Shown: piece by piece, positions 43,343 to 52,642 of the stretch | Numbering within the stretch: the stretch's first letter is position 1 | Layout of the letters: the number at the start of each line of letters is the position of its first letter | Source of the DNA: a bacterium | Lineage (GTDB): Bacteria > Zhuqueibacterota > Zhuqueibacteria > Residuimicrobiales > Krinioviventaceae | Direction: 5' to 3' | NCBI GenBank assembly: GCA_963675755.2 | Contig: CAXXMD010000002.1 | Span: 352,001 to 416,000, forward strand | Length of the DNA: 64,000 nucleotides | Translations under genes and position numbers: made by a program | Notes under the pieces: model-generated | Database searches by the model: none | Seen by the model: the letters and a program-made list of their open reading frames with translations, nothing else | What the model was told of the DNA's origin: nothing

Positions 43343-45433
43343 ATGATGAAACACTTGGCTATTGTTCTTGTACTGTTGAGCATGTGTGCATTCAGTACAG
43401 CAGTTTTCGCCGATTATATGATTATGGATGGCGATAGCTCAGATTGGGCTATGGATCCAATTCAAATCGTTGGTGAAGACAATGTTGACGGCTTGTTCCC
43501 GGCAGAAGTCGGTGCAGCAATTACGGACAATGTTGATGTTAAACATGTTCGTGCAAAAATCGTTGACAACGTTGCTTACACTTTTATTCGTTTTCAAGGC
43601 GGCCCAGCTTGGCCAAATGAAGCTGACAAAGGCGAATATGAAGGTGTTCCAGTGCAACGTTCACGTGGTTATTATCATCTGATGTTGGACCTTGATAATG
43701 ATCCTTCAACCGGTTGGAATTCCGGTTACTATGAAGCTCATTATACCCCGGTTGGTTATCTTGAAAGCCAGGGCGTTGAAGGCCAGGAACATATTGGTGC
43801 TGAAGCTGTAATTGGTACAGGTTTCTATACATACCGCAGTGCTCCACATCCGGACAGTGCTGGTATTAAAAACTCTGGTATCAAATCTGTAAGTTATTTT
43901 GCAGCTGATGTTTCTGAATATGATGCTGTTTCAGATGGTGGTACTGATTATGAAATTTTCGATACTGAAATCAATGACCCCGACTCTGCTAAATCATTTC
44001 AGTGGAGTGGTGCATTACAGATCGGAAGTAGTGATCTTGAAGGTCTTGCAGAAGACAAATACTACCATATGGCCCATGCTTGGGGCGAAGACTGGATCGA
44101 GTTTGCAATGGAATTGACTCCATTGAAACAATGGTTTGCAAGCAAAGGCATGAGTTATTTCCAGGAAGGTGATGTTATTGGTATCACTGCAATGATTGAA
44201 ACTCCTGCTGATGATTGGGGTACTGATATCCCGACACGTGGCGAAATGGTTTGTCCTGCAATGCCTATGCGTCCAAATGCTATCACTTTTGATGGTGATG
44301 ATTCTGATTGGGCTGGTATGGAGCCAATTATTACTGCTATTGACAATGTTGATGGTCTGTATCCTGCAGAAGTTGGTGCAGCTGTTACTGATAATGTTGA
44401 TATCAAAGAAGTTAAAGCTTTTTACCAGACTGACACTGAAGTATTGTATTGGAATCTGAAAATGTGGGGCGGTCCTGTATGGCCCAACGAAGCTGATAAA
44501 GGCGAATACGAAGGTGTTCCAGTTCAGCGTTCACGTGGTTATTACCATGTATTGTTAGATTTTGATAACGATCCTACTACTGGTTGGAATTCTCATTACT
44601 ATGAAGGTCACTATACTCCGGTTGGTTACCTTGCAAGCCAGGGTGCTGAAGATACAGATCCTATCGGTTCAGAACTTTGGGTAGAATTTGGTGCACGTAC
44701 TTATAAATCTGCTCCTCACCCAGACAGTGCTGGTATCAAAAATTCAGGTGTTGCTGCTGTTAACTGGTGGTTAGCTGATTGGTCACAATATGTTGGTGAA
44801 AATGATGGTGGTACCACCTGGGAATTCACTGATGCTGATGTTACTGATCCTGATTCTGCTGCTGCAATGAAATACGATGGCTACCTTGCAAATGGTGGTG
44901 ATTTTGAAACAGGTAAAGTATTCTGGAATGCACATGCTTGGGGCGACGACTTTATTGAAGTTGGTACAAGTATGAGTATTGCTAAAATGTGGTGGATGGA
45001 ACAATATAGCCAGGAAGTATTGAAACCTGGTGATGTTGTTGGTATTGCTGGTTTTAATGAAACTCCTGCTGATGACTGGGGTTGTGATATGACTGCACGT
45101 GGCGAAATTGTAATTGCTGAAGCTACTGGCATTGCCGATGGTGCAGCTGTTGTTGAAGGTTACAAATTGAGTGACAACTATCCAAACCCATTCAACCCAA
45201 CTACTTCTATTAGCTATACTGTTCCACAATCTGCTGACGTAAGTATTGAAATTTTCAATACTTTGGGTCAAAAAATCCGTACTTTGGTTGATGGCAAAAT
45301 GGCTGCTGGCGAACATACTGTTTCTTGGAATGGTATGAACGATGCTGGTCAATCTGTATCCAGTGGTATCTATTTTTACCGCATGGTTTCAGATCAAATG
45401 ACTGTTACCAAAAATATGGTTCTCTTGAAATAA
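43343..45433 (+). CDS. Secreted protein with two tandem DOMON/CBM9-like domains and a T9SS type A / FlgD-Ig tail
   Basis: SD AAGGAGG and signal peptide. Two repeats of about 288 aa (DGD.SDW...LD.DNDP.TG...ETPADDWG). Tail NYPNPFNPTTSI...SSGIYFYRM...KNMVLLK. Confidence 0.8.
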   Translation: MMKHLAIVLVLLSMCAFSTAVFADYMIMDGDSSDWAMDPIQIVGEDNVDGLFPAEVGAAITDNVDVKHVRAKIVDNVAYTFIRFQGGPAWPNEADKGEYEGVPVQRSRGYYHLMLDLDNDPSTGWNSGYYEAHYTPVGYLESQGVEGQEHIGAEAVIGTGFYTYRSAPHPDSAGIKNSGIKSVSYFAADVSEYDAVSDGGTDYEIFDTEINDPDSAKSFQWSGALQIGSSDLEGLAEDKYYHMAHAWGEDWIEFAMELTPLKQWFASKGMSYFQEGDVIGITAMIETPADDWGTDIPTRGEMVCPAMPMRPNAITFDGDDSDWAGMEPIITAIDNVDGLYPAEVGAAVTDNVDIKEVKAFYQTDTEVLYWNLKMWGGPVWPNEADKGEYEGVPVQRSRGYYHVLLDFDNDPTTGWNSHYYEGHYTPVGYLASQGAEDTDPIGSELWVEFGARTYKSAPHPDSAGIKNSGVAAVNWWLADWSQYVGENDGGTTWEFTDADVTDPDSAAAMKYDGYLANGGDFETGKVFWNAHAWGDDFIEVGTSMSIAKMWWMEQYSQEVLKPGDVVGIAGFNETPADDWGCDMTARGEIVIAEATGIADGAAVVEGYKLSDNYPNPFNPTTSISYTVPQSADVSIEIFNTLGQKIRTLVDGKMAAGEHTVSWNGMNDAGQSVSSGIYFYRMVSDQMTVTKNMVLLK
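43421..45110 (+). repeat. Intragenic tandem duplication, period about 864 nt
   Basis: The DGD.SDW motif codons start at 43427 and 44291. Identical peptides WPNEADKGEYEGVPVQRSRGYYH, HYTPVGYL, SAPHPDSAGIKNSG and ETPADDWG occur in both copies. Confidence 0.95.
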
Positions 45434-45453
45434 TCATTATTTCTGATTATATT

Positions 45454-45491
45454 AGATGGGATTGTCATTCCGACAGTCCCATCTTTTTTTT
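45454..45491 (+). terminator. Rho-independent terminator
   Basis: AGATGGGATTGTC-attcc-GACAGTCCCATCT followed by a T-run. Confidence 0.9.
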
Positions 45492-45512
45492 ATGTTAAAC
45501 AGGATAGGTGAA

Positions 45513-46922
45513 ATGCTCAAATTGAAACTCTTTTTATTGTTGTCTTTTTCTATTTTAATCTTTTCTTGTTCTGAAAATTCCAATACCAATATAGCAGTCT
45601 ATGAAGGTGGTTCAATTACAATTGATGATTACGTAAATCACTTTCTTGAAAGCACCCGTTATAAACCCACTTTTATTCCTGATGAACAAAATCTTGAGGA
45701 TATTGTTCACAAATTGGCTGTTACCAAATTATCAGTAGTAGAAGGTTTTGCTACCCAAATAGATTCTGATACTGCTTTTATTGATCTTTACAATAAAAAC
45801 AATAGCAGAATATTATTTCATAAATATATGAGAAAAATGATCATCGATTCTGTTATTACAGATAGTCTCATTCAAAAATACTATGCAGAATTTTCACCAC
45901 AATACCATATGTATTATATAATGCGTCCTGTACCTAAAACATCTACTCATGAGTTTGACCAATCTCAAAAAAAAGTGATTGAACAAGTTTATTCCAAGCT
46001 TGAAAAAGGTGAGGATTTCCATAAACTTGCTGAAACTTTTTCTCAGGATATAACAACCAATAAAAAGGGTGGAGATCTAGGTTGGATTATCCGTGAATCA
46101 CTAGGTGATAAAGTTTTGCGTTCAGTTATGGATACATTAAAACAGGGAAATTATTCTGCTCCTATCAAAGGTTATGAAGGTTGGTATGTTGTATTAAAAG
46201 GTGAAATGCGTAATGTACCGGTTCCATCATTTCAAGATGCAGAAAGTAAAATTTGGAAAAGTTTATATAATACACGTAAACATATAATGCAGGAAATTCT
46301 TGATGAAAAGTTTAACAGTGTAAAAGATAAATACCAGCTTGAAATAAATTATGATAATATCAATAAAATTGTAAAATCAACAGGTTCAGATACAACAACT
46401 CCCTATAAATTTATGGACTTTTCTAATTTCCCACCTGAAAATTTTGAGATTATTTTAGCTACATTTACCGGTGGAAAAATTGTTGCTGGTGAAGTAATAC
46501 GAAGTATTAAAAAATCACCTGATAATTATAAAGATTTTCAAAAACGTTTTAAATCTTTATGTGAACAATATATAATGGCAGAATTCTCCAAAACTTTGGG
46601 TTTTGAACAAGATCCCGAAGTTGTTCAAGAGAATGAAAATTATAAACAATTAGTGATGAAAAATTTAGTATACCAAAAAAATGTTCGTGATAAAGCCATT
46701 GCCAAAGTTGATGAATTAAAGGCAGAGCTTGAAAAAACGACAAATCCTGCAGATTTATCCAAAGTGCTTAGTGCGCATCAGGTCCGTTTTGAAAATGAAT
46801 TGAATAAAGAATTTGAAGAACATTTATTTAATAAATATAATCTACAAATAGTTAAAAGTAATATTCCACGTGCTTTAAAAATTGCTGAAAAAATGAAAAA
46901 GGAACAAGAAGAGAAAAAGTGA
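45513..46922 (+). CDS. Parvulin-type peptidyl-prolyl isomerase (PrsA/SurA-like) lipoprotein
   Basis: Start re-assigned to 45513 (SD AGGTG; the ORF-track start lies inside the terminator). Lipobox IFSC. GEDFHKLAETFSQD...GGDLGWI and YSAPIKGYEGWYVV motifs. Confidence 0.85.
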   Translation: MLKLKLFLLLSFSILIFSCSENSNTNIAVYEGGSITIDDYVNHFLESTRYKPTFIPDEQNLEDIVHKLAVTKLSVVEGFATQIDSDTAFIDLYNKNNSRILFHKYMRKMIIDSVITDSLIQKYYAEFSPQYHMYYIMRPVPKTSTHEFDQSQKKVIEQVYSKLEKGEDFHKLAETFSQDITTNKKGGDLGWIIRESLGDKVLRSVMDTLKQGNYSAPIKGYEGWYVVLKGEMRNVPVPSFQDAESKIWKSLYNTRKHIMQEILDEKFNSVKDKYQLEINYDNINKIVKSTGSDTTTPYKFMDFSNFPPENFEIILATFTGGKIVAGEVIRSIKKSPDNYKDFQKRFKSLCEQYIMAEFSKTLGFEQDPEVVQENENYKQLVMKNLVYQKNVRDKAIAKVDELKAELEKTTNPADLSKVLSAHQVRFENELNKEFEEHLFNKYNLQIVKSNIPRALKIAEKMKKEQEEKK

Positions 46923-46963
46923 TTGATGTTTAAAAAAGTATATTAAATCATATTGGGGGCTTT

Positions 46964-49900
46964 ATGAAAAAGTTAATTGCTTTTGTTATTATATATTTAA
47001 TATCAAGTTTATCTCTGGCTTTGGGAAAGCCAGAGATTCAATTTTCAGCGCAAAATTTTCTAGATAAAACATTACTTTCAAATAATTTTCAACATAATAA
47101 TTTTGATATAAAATCAATTGAAACCTCAACAGATTTTAAATTCCCGGTTTACATTGTACATTTGTATCCGCAGGGATTTCTGCTATTTGTGGAGGGTCAA
47201 AACCTTGACAAACCTGTCGCGTATTCTGTGAATTCAAACTGGGACCCGGATTCTAATAATCCATTTATATCCTTTTTGAAAAATGATCTCCAGTATTTTA
47301 ATTCATACTCTAACCAATTTTCAATCTCAACATTACTTGAAAATAATAATCATGTGAATGATCTTGAATCCTGGCCACCTGTGGGTTCTACATCCACTGG
47401 AGGATGGATGGAGACCACCTGGCACCAAAAAAATCCATATAATCAATTTTGTCCTATGGATACTTTTACAAATAAAAGATCCATTACAGGGTGTGTGGCA
47501 ACTGCAATGGCGCAGATTGTTCAATATCATCGTTTTATTGGAGATTTTCAACTTTCTCCGAATGATCGATATATTACCGGTTATAGAAAAATGCGTATTG
47601 ATCAGGATAGTGAAGTTCTGGATTTTAAAGATTTTTCAACATTAAATACCTTTCTTATTGACATCCATTCCTGTTATGAATCAGGTACTGATTTAACTAC
47701 TGATCAAATTGCTGCTTTGAATTTTGTTTGTGGAATACTGGTCAAAATGGATTTTACTTCAGATGTATCTGGTGCTGCACTTGCAGATGTTGATTCTGTT
47801 TTAACTTTTAAATTTGGTTATTCTTCTGCCAATTTCTCCAGCTATTCTGATGTGAGATTTTATGACCAGTTAATTGAACACATGATGAATGCATTACCTG
47901 TACCCATAAGTTTGGGGGCTCATATTGCAGTTGTTGATGGATATAATACGGATGGATTTTTTCATATGAATTTTGGATGGGGTTCGGGTACGCCTGCGCA
48001 AATCCAAGAATGCTGGTATCTGTTACCAGAAGGTATGCCATATCAATATGATAAAATTTATTCTGCTGTATTTAATATTAAACCATCATTTGCAGTAAAT
48101 TCTACATTATCAGTTAGTGACAGTCTCTTGTATTTTGATTCAACTTTGTTAAATACTGAATCAAAAATAATGAATTTTAATATTATTAATTCAGGTGATG
48201 AAGCAGTTAAAATTGATAAAATTACTGTTTCTGATTATTTTCAGATCAGTTTAGATGCTAAAACATTTTCTTCTCAAATTAGCGAGTTTTCAATTCCTCC
48301 TTTACATAATATAGAATTAAATGTACGCTGTATACCTGATAGCTTTGGTCTTTTTGAGGGGAAAATTGAAATATTATCAACTGAAAATAATTTAAAGCGA
48401 TATAAAACTGTTGATCTTGCTTGTTATGGAGTCCCCGACAATAGAAATGTAATTTTTGCTGGTAATATTAATGGTGTTTGGGAAAAGGACTCTCATCAAT
48501 ATATTATTGGAGATCTTGATATAATCACCGGAGATTCATTGATTATTGAACCGGGAGTTAAAGTTGAATTTCAAGGTCCATATAATATAAATGTTGGTTC
48601 TAATGCAAAGCTCATTGCCAGAGGTGCCGCATTGGATACCATTAAATTTTTCTCAGAGAATGTACAAATAGGATGGAAGGGGATAAATTTACTTTCTTCT
48701 GCTGATGATGATAGTTTTTTCTATTGTGATTTTCAATTCTCAAAGAATACAGGTGAAAATGGTGGTGCGTTTCAACTTGATTCTACCGATGCTTTTTTCA
48801 GCAATTGTAATTTTAAAAATAATACTGCTGAAAATGGTGGTGCAGTTTATTGCAGTTATTCTAAACCTGAATTTTATCAATGTTCATTCATTAATAATAC
48901 AGCCAGATTAGGTGGCGCGCTTTATTCAGTGGTTTCAAATATTAAAATTCAACAAACATTAATTTGTAATAATTCAGTTACAATTAATGGAGGTGGTATC
49001 TTTTCTTATGACTCGGATTTATCTTTAATAAATGTTACCATTTCTCACAATAATGCAATTCAAAGAGGTGGGGGATTAACTATAGATGGTGGAGAAAAAA
49101 TATTTATAAATAATACTATTTTATATAGTAACAATGCCTCAAATTTGGGGCACAATCTTTATCTCCTCGATAATCATTGGAATAGCACTGTTATTGAATT
49201 TGCTTTTTGCAATATTGACCGGCATTCTGAATCTTCATTTTATGATTTTACCTATTCTAATAATATGATTATGAAATGGAATTATGGTAATATTGATGTT
49301 GATCCGTTATTTGTAAACCCGGATAATCATGATTATCATTTACAACCAATTTCTAAATGTATAGATGCCGGTAATCCTTCAATTGATGTAGGATTTGAGC
49401 CCTTTCCACACGGTTATTGTACGAATCTTGGTGCTTATGGGAGAACAGATCAGGCAGCAACAACTGATTCGCCTAGACTTGCCGTTGATCCTTTTCCCAT
49501 CTTGTTTGATAATGTTAATGTTGATTCATTGAATTCTTTAAAAGTTTATTTAAAAAATGGATGTAATGAAAATCTTGTTATAAATAATATTTCAAACAAT
49601 AATACAGATATTTATTCACTTTCACTACCTCAGGAATATAATGATAATGGTAAATTAACAATTCAATCAGGAAGCATTGATAGTTTGATTTTGATATTGG
49701 ATTTATCTGATTCTACTTTAACATCAGTTGATGATTCTGTTTTTGTTCAGCTTGAAAATGCGCCAGATATATCTATCCCCGTAATCTGCAATTCTTTTCT
49801 AGCTACAACAATTGATAGTGGTGATGTATCCGGTGTATGGACTCTAGAAAACAGCCCCTATATTATTAACGATTACATATTTGTTAAACAAAATGATTCT

Positions 49901-52522
49901 TTAAAAATTGAACCTGGAGTAACTGTATATTTTTCCAGCAATGCTTCTTTAAATGTTTTCGAAAATTCTAAATTAATTGCAAATGGGACAACCGGCTTGC
50001 CCATTACTTTTACTGCTATAGATAGTTCATTAGGTTGGGACGGTTTCGCTTTCCGTAATAGTGGTAATGATGATAGTCTGACATTTTGTAATATTTCTAA
50101 TATAAGATGGGATTATACCGGTCATTCTATGCTTTATTTTAAATATGGAGCAATTTCTTTTCGCAACTCTAAACCCTTTATTTCTCATTGTAATTTTTTT
50201 AAAATTAATTCAGATTATTTGGGCGTTTTTTACAACAATCAGGATTCATTATCATTAAATTATTGTAGTATTTATGAAAATTTTTCTACCGGGCAGTTAT
50301 TTGACAACAAGTATTCTCAATTGATTTGTAATCATGTTTTAATATACAAGAATTCTGTTCAAACGGTTTTTTATAATCATACAGGTGATCTGCTGTTAAA
50401 TAATTGTGTAATTTCAAATAATATTGGTGAAGGAGCATATAACGATTTCTCACAAACATTGAATTATAATTCAATTGATATCAAAAATTCTATCATTTGG
50501 AATAATTTTGAATTACCTATTATTAATCCGGGTAATCGTGATACTGTTTTAGTAGAATATTCGTGTGTTGATACCAGTTTCTCTGAATGGATTCTTATAC
50601 CTGTTCAATATCAACCAAAAAGCAGAAACATAGTTTGGGGAAAGGGGAATGTTTTCACAAATCCTTTATTTGTTGATTCTGAATATAACGACTTTCGCTT
50701 AATGCCTGATTCTCCTTGTATAGATGGTGGAGATCCTGCAGATAATCACGGTAATGAACCTTTTCCTCATGGTTACAGAATAAATATGGGATTTTGGGGT
50801 GGGACCGAATATGCAATCAAAACTCAAGGTCCTTTACTCACTGCCGCTCCTGACCCAATACATTTTAATCGAGTTGATCCTTCTTGTGAACACCAAAAAA
50901 ATCTATATTTGAAAAATGGCAGCGAGTATGATATACAAATCACTGATCTGGCACTTTTAGATACAACTTTTTTTCAATTAACTGATGACTTGGGCAGTAG
51001 TGATTTTTCAACAAATTTCACTTTACATTCCGGTGATATTGATAGTTTTTCAATATTGTTTAATTCTATGGATGAATCTGAATTTAGTTGTTCAAGTGAA
51101 ATTTACCTTAGTTCAGTTGAATGTGGTAATGATACAATAGACCTTTTAGCCGAAACTTTGATTGGTAGTAAAATATCAAATAAATATGTTTCTGGTATAT
51201 GGACGCAGGAAAATTCTCCTTACAATATATTAACTGATATTGAAATACCTGACAGCTTGAAATTGGTAATAGAACCTGGAGTAATTATCAAATTTTTGGG
51301 ACCAATTTCACTGATAATTAATAAAGATTCTCAATTTTTAGCCAAAGGTAAACCTGATAATAATATAATCTTTTTGCAGACTGATTCATTGATTCAAAAA
51401 AATTGCTTTAAATTTTTAAACAGTGGTGTTGATGATACACTTGAATATTGTACTTTTAAAAATTTTGCATATAATGCTCCACAATACAATGCTCTTTTTT
51501 ATTTATATCAAACTGGTGCCGTTTTTAAAAATGTTGATTTTTACAACAATTACAGTAATACATCAACAGGTTTAATTTGTTGTGATAAATCTGATGCCAT
51601 CTTTTTGAATTGCAAGTTTATTGATAATAAATCAGAACTCAAAGGTATTATCTATGCCAATAGTGCTAATATTTTGCTGAAAAATACTCTATTTAATAAT
51701 AATTATTCCTATGAAACCGGTGGAGTAGCCTATTCAAACAATTCTAATTTTGATTTTATAAATTGTACAATATATAAAAATGGCGCCAAAGGGTTGGGTG
51801 GAGTTGTACATTGTAATTTAAAGAATAGTTTAAATTTCCAAAATTCAATTATTTGGGGTAATTTTGCTGCAAAAGGTTCATTTATCTATTCCAATGCCAC
51901 GACAGAAATAAATACAAATTTTTGTTGTATCGATTCAAGTGCAAAACTTGTAGACGCAATAGGTAGCAGTTTAGGGCAATTGAATTGGGGAGAGGGTAAT
52001 ATATATGGTGATCCACTATTTACCAATACAGAAAATAATGACTTTACATTATCTGAAAATTCTCCATGTATTGATGTTGGTGATCCCGATCTGTTGAGTA
52101 ATGATATAGAGGATCCATCTACTCCGGGGATGGCACTTAAACCAGCCATGGGAACCATTCGCAACGATATGGGAATGTATGGAGGAGATCCTAAAGCATA
52201 TATAGCAACAGGTGTAGATAAAGATGTTTCTTCTGTTCCTGAGAAATTTGCTTTAATGCAAAACTATCCCAATCCATTCAATGGGCATACAGTTATTGAA
52301 TTTCATTTACCCAAATCCGTTAACCTGCGTGTCGAAATCTTTAATACGCTTGGTCAAAAAGTTACCACATTGGCAGATACCCGTTATGATATTGGTAAAC
52401 ACAAATTGATCTGGGATGGTTCGAATGATAACGGTGTTATGGTTTCGTCAGGTATATATCTATACAGGGTAGTACTGGATGATAGTCAATCCATTATAAA
52501 ACGATTGGTGTTTTTAAAATAG
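46964..52522 (+). CDS. Peptidase C10 (streptopain-like) fused to three right-handed beta-helix/Ig modules and a T9SS type A / FlgD-Ig tail
   Basis: WHQKNPYN, ITGCVATAMAQI (catalytic Cys) and GAHIAVVDGY...HMNFGWG (catalytic His). Three GxW...PY.I...IEPGV...DPLF...CID.G.P modules. NYPNPFNG tail. Confidence 0.9.
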   Translation: MKKLIAFVIIYLISSLSLALGKPEIQFSAQNFLDKTLLSNNFQHNNFDIKSIETSTDFKFPVYIVHLYPQGFLLFVEGQNLDKPVAYSVNSNWDPDSNNPFISFLKNDLQYFNSYSNQFSISTLLENNNHVNDLESWPPVGSTSTGGWMETTWHQKNPYNQFCPMDTFTNKRSITGCVATAMAQIVQYHRFIGDFQLSPNDRYITGYRKMRIDQDSEVLDFKDFSTLNTFLIDIHSCYESGTDLTTDQIAALNFVCGILVKMDFTSDVSGAALADVDSVLTFKFGYSSANFSSYSDVRFYDQLIEHMMNALPVPISLGAHIAVVDGYNTDGFFHMNFGWGSGTPAQIQECWYLLPEGMPYQYDKIYSAVFNIKPSFAVNSTLSVSDSLLYFDSTLLNTESKIMNFNIINSGDEAVKIDKITVSDYFQISLDAKTFSSQISEFSIPPLHNIELNVRCIPDSFGLFEGKIEILSTENNLKRYKTVDLACYGVPDNRNVIFAGNINGVWEKDSHQYIIGDLDIITGDSLIIEPGVKVEFQGPYNINVGSNAKLIARGAALDTIKFFSENVQIGWKGINLLSSADDDSFFYCDFQFSKNTGENGGAFQLDSTDAFFSNCNFKNNTAENGGAVYCSYSKPEFYQCSFINNTARLGGALYSVVSNIKIQQTLICNNSVTINGGGIFSYDSDLSLINVTISHNNAIQRGGGLTIDGGEKIFINNTILYSNNASNLGHNLYLLDNHWNSTVIEFAFCNIDRHSESSFYDFTYSNNMIMKWNYGNIDVDPLFVNPDNHDYHLQPISKCIDAGNPSIDVGFEPFPHGYCTNLGAYGRTDQAATTDSPRLAVDPFPILFDNVNVDSLNSLKVYLKNGCNENLVINNISNNNTDIYSLSLPQEYNDNGKLTIQSGSIDSLILILDLSDSTLTSVDDSVFVQLENAPDISIPVICNSFLATTIDSGDVSGVWTLENSPYIINDYIFVKQNDSLKIEPGVTVYFSSNASLNVFENSKLIANGTTGLPITFTAIDSSLGWDGFAFRNSGNDDSLTFCNISNIRWDYTGHSMLYFKYGAISFRNSKPFISHCNFFKINSDYLGVFYNNQDSLSLNYCSIYENFSTGQLFDNKYSQLICNHVLIYKNSVQTVFYNHTGDLLLNNCVISNNIGEGAYNDFSQTLNYNSIDIKNSIIWNNFELPIINPGNRDTVLVEYSCVDTSFSEWILIPVQYQPKSRNIVWGKGNVFTNPLFVDSEYNDFRLMPDSPCIDGGDPADNHGNEPFPHGYRINMGFWGGTEYAIKTQGPLLTAAPDPIHFNRVDPSCEHQKNLYLKNGSEYDIQITDLALLDTTFFQLTDDLGSSDFSTNFTLHSGDIDSFSILFNSMDESEFSCSSEIYLSSVECGNDTIDLLAETLIGSKISNKYVSGIWTQENSPYNILTDIEIPDSLKLVIEPGVIIKFLGPISLIINKDSQFLAKGKPDNNIIFLQTDSLIQKNCFKFLNSGVDDTLEYCTFKNFAYNAPQYNALFYLYQTGAVFKNVDFYNNYSNTSTGLICCDKSDAIFLNCKFIDNKSELKGIIYANSANILLKNTLFNNNYSYETGGVAYSNNSNFDFINCTIYKNGAKGLGGVVHCNLKNSLNFQNSIIWGNFAAKGSFIYSNATTEINTNFCCIDSSAKLVDAIGSSLGQLNWGEGNIYGDPLFTNTENNDFTLSENSPCIDVGDPDLLSNDIEDPSTPGMALKPAMGTIRNDMGMYGGDPKAYIATGVDKDVSSVPEKFALMQNYPNPFNGHTVIEFHLPKSVNLRVEIFNTLGQKVTTLADTRYDIGKHKLIWDGSNDNGVMVSSGIYLYRVVLDDSQSIIKRLVFLK

Positions 52523-52642
52523 GTTGATAATTATAAATATTTTAACTAATTTATAAAAATAATAATCAATATTTGGGGTGTAATTCCAGTTTTAATTCGG
52601 AATTATTCACTCTTGCAATTCAAATTCTAATACTCAAGGGGA

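Noticed and set aside
44783-45352. 189-aa minus-strand ORF and the many other short antisense ORFs in 38-45 kb
   Set aside because: Shadows produced by the biased codon usage of the sense genes; no SD or motifs.
45456-45512. ORF-track N-terminal extension of the PPIase
   Set aside because: It starts within a terminator hairpin. ATG 45513 has an SD and gives a proper lipoprotein signal.
52575-52612. Imperfect hairpin GTGTAATTCC...GGAATTATTCAC between the beta-helix paralogs
   Set aside because: No U-tract and an interrupted stem, so it is too weak to call as a terminator or regulatory RNA.
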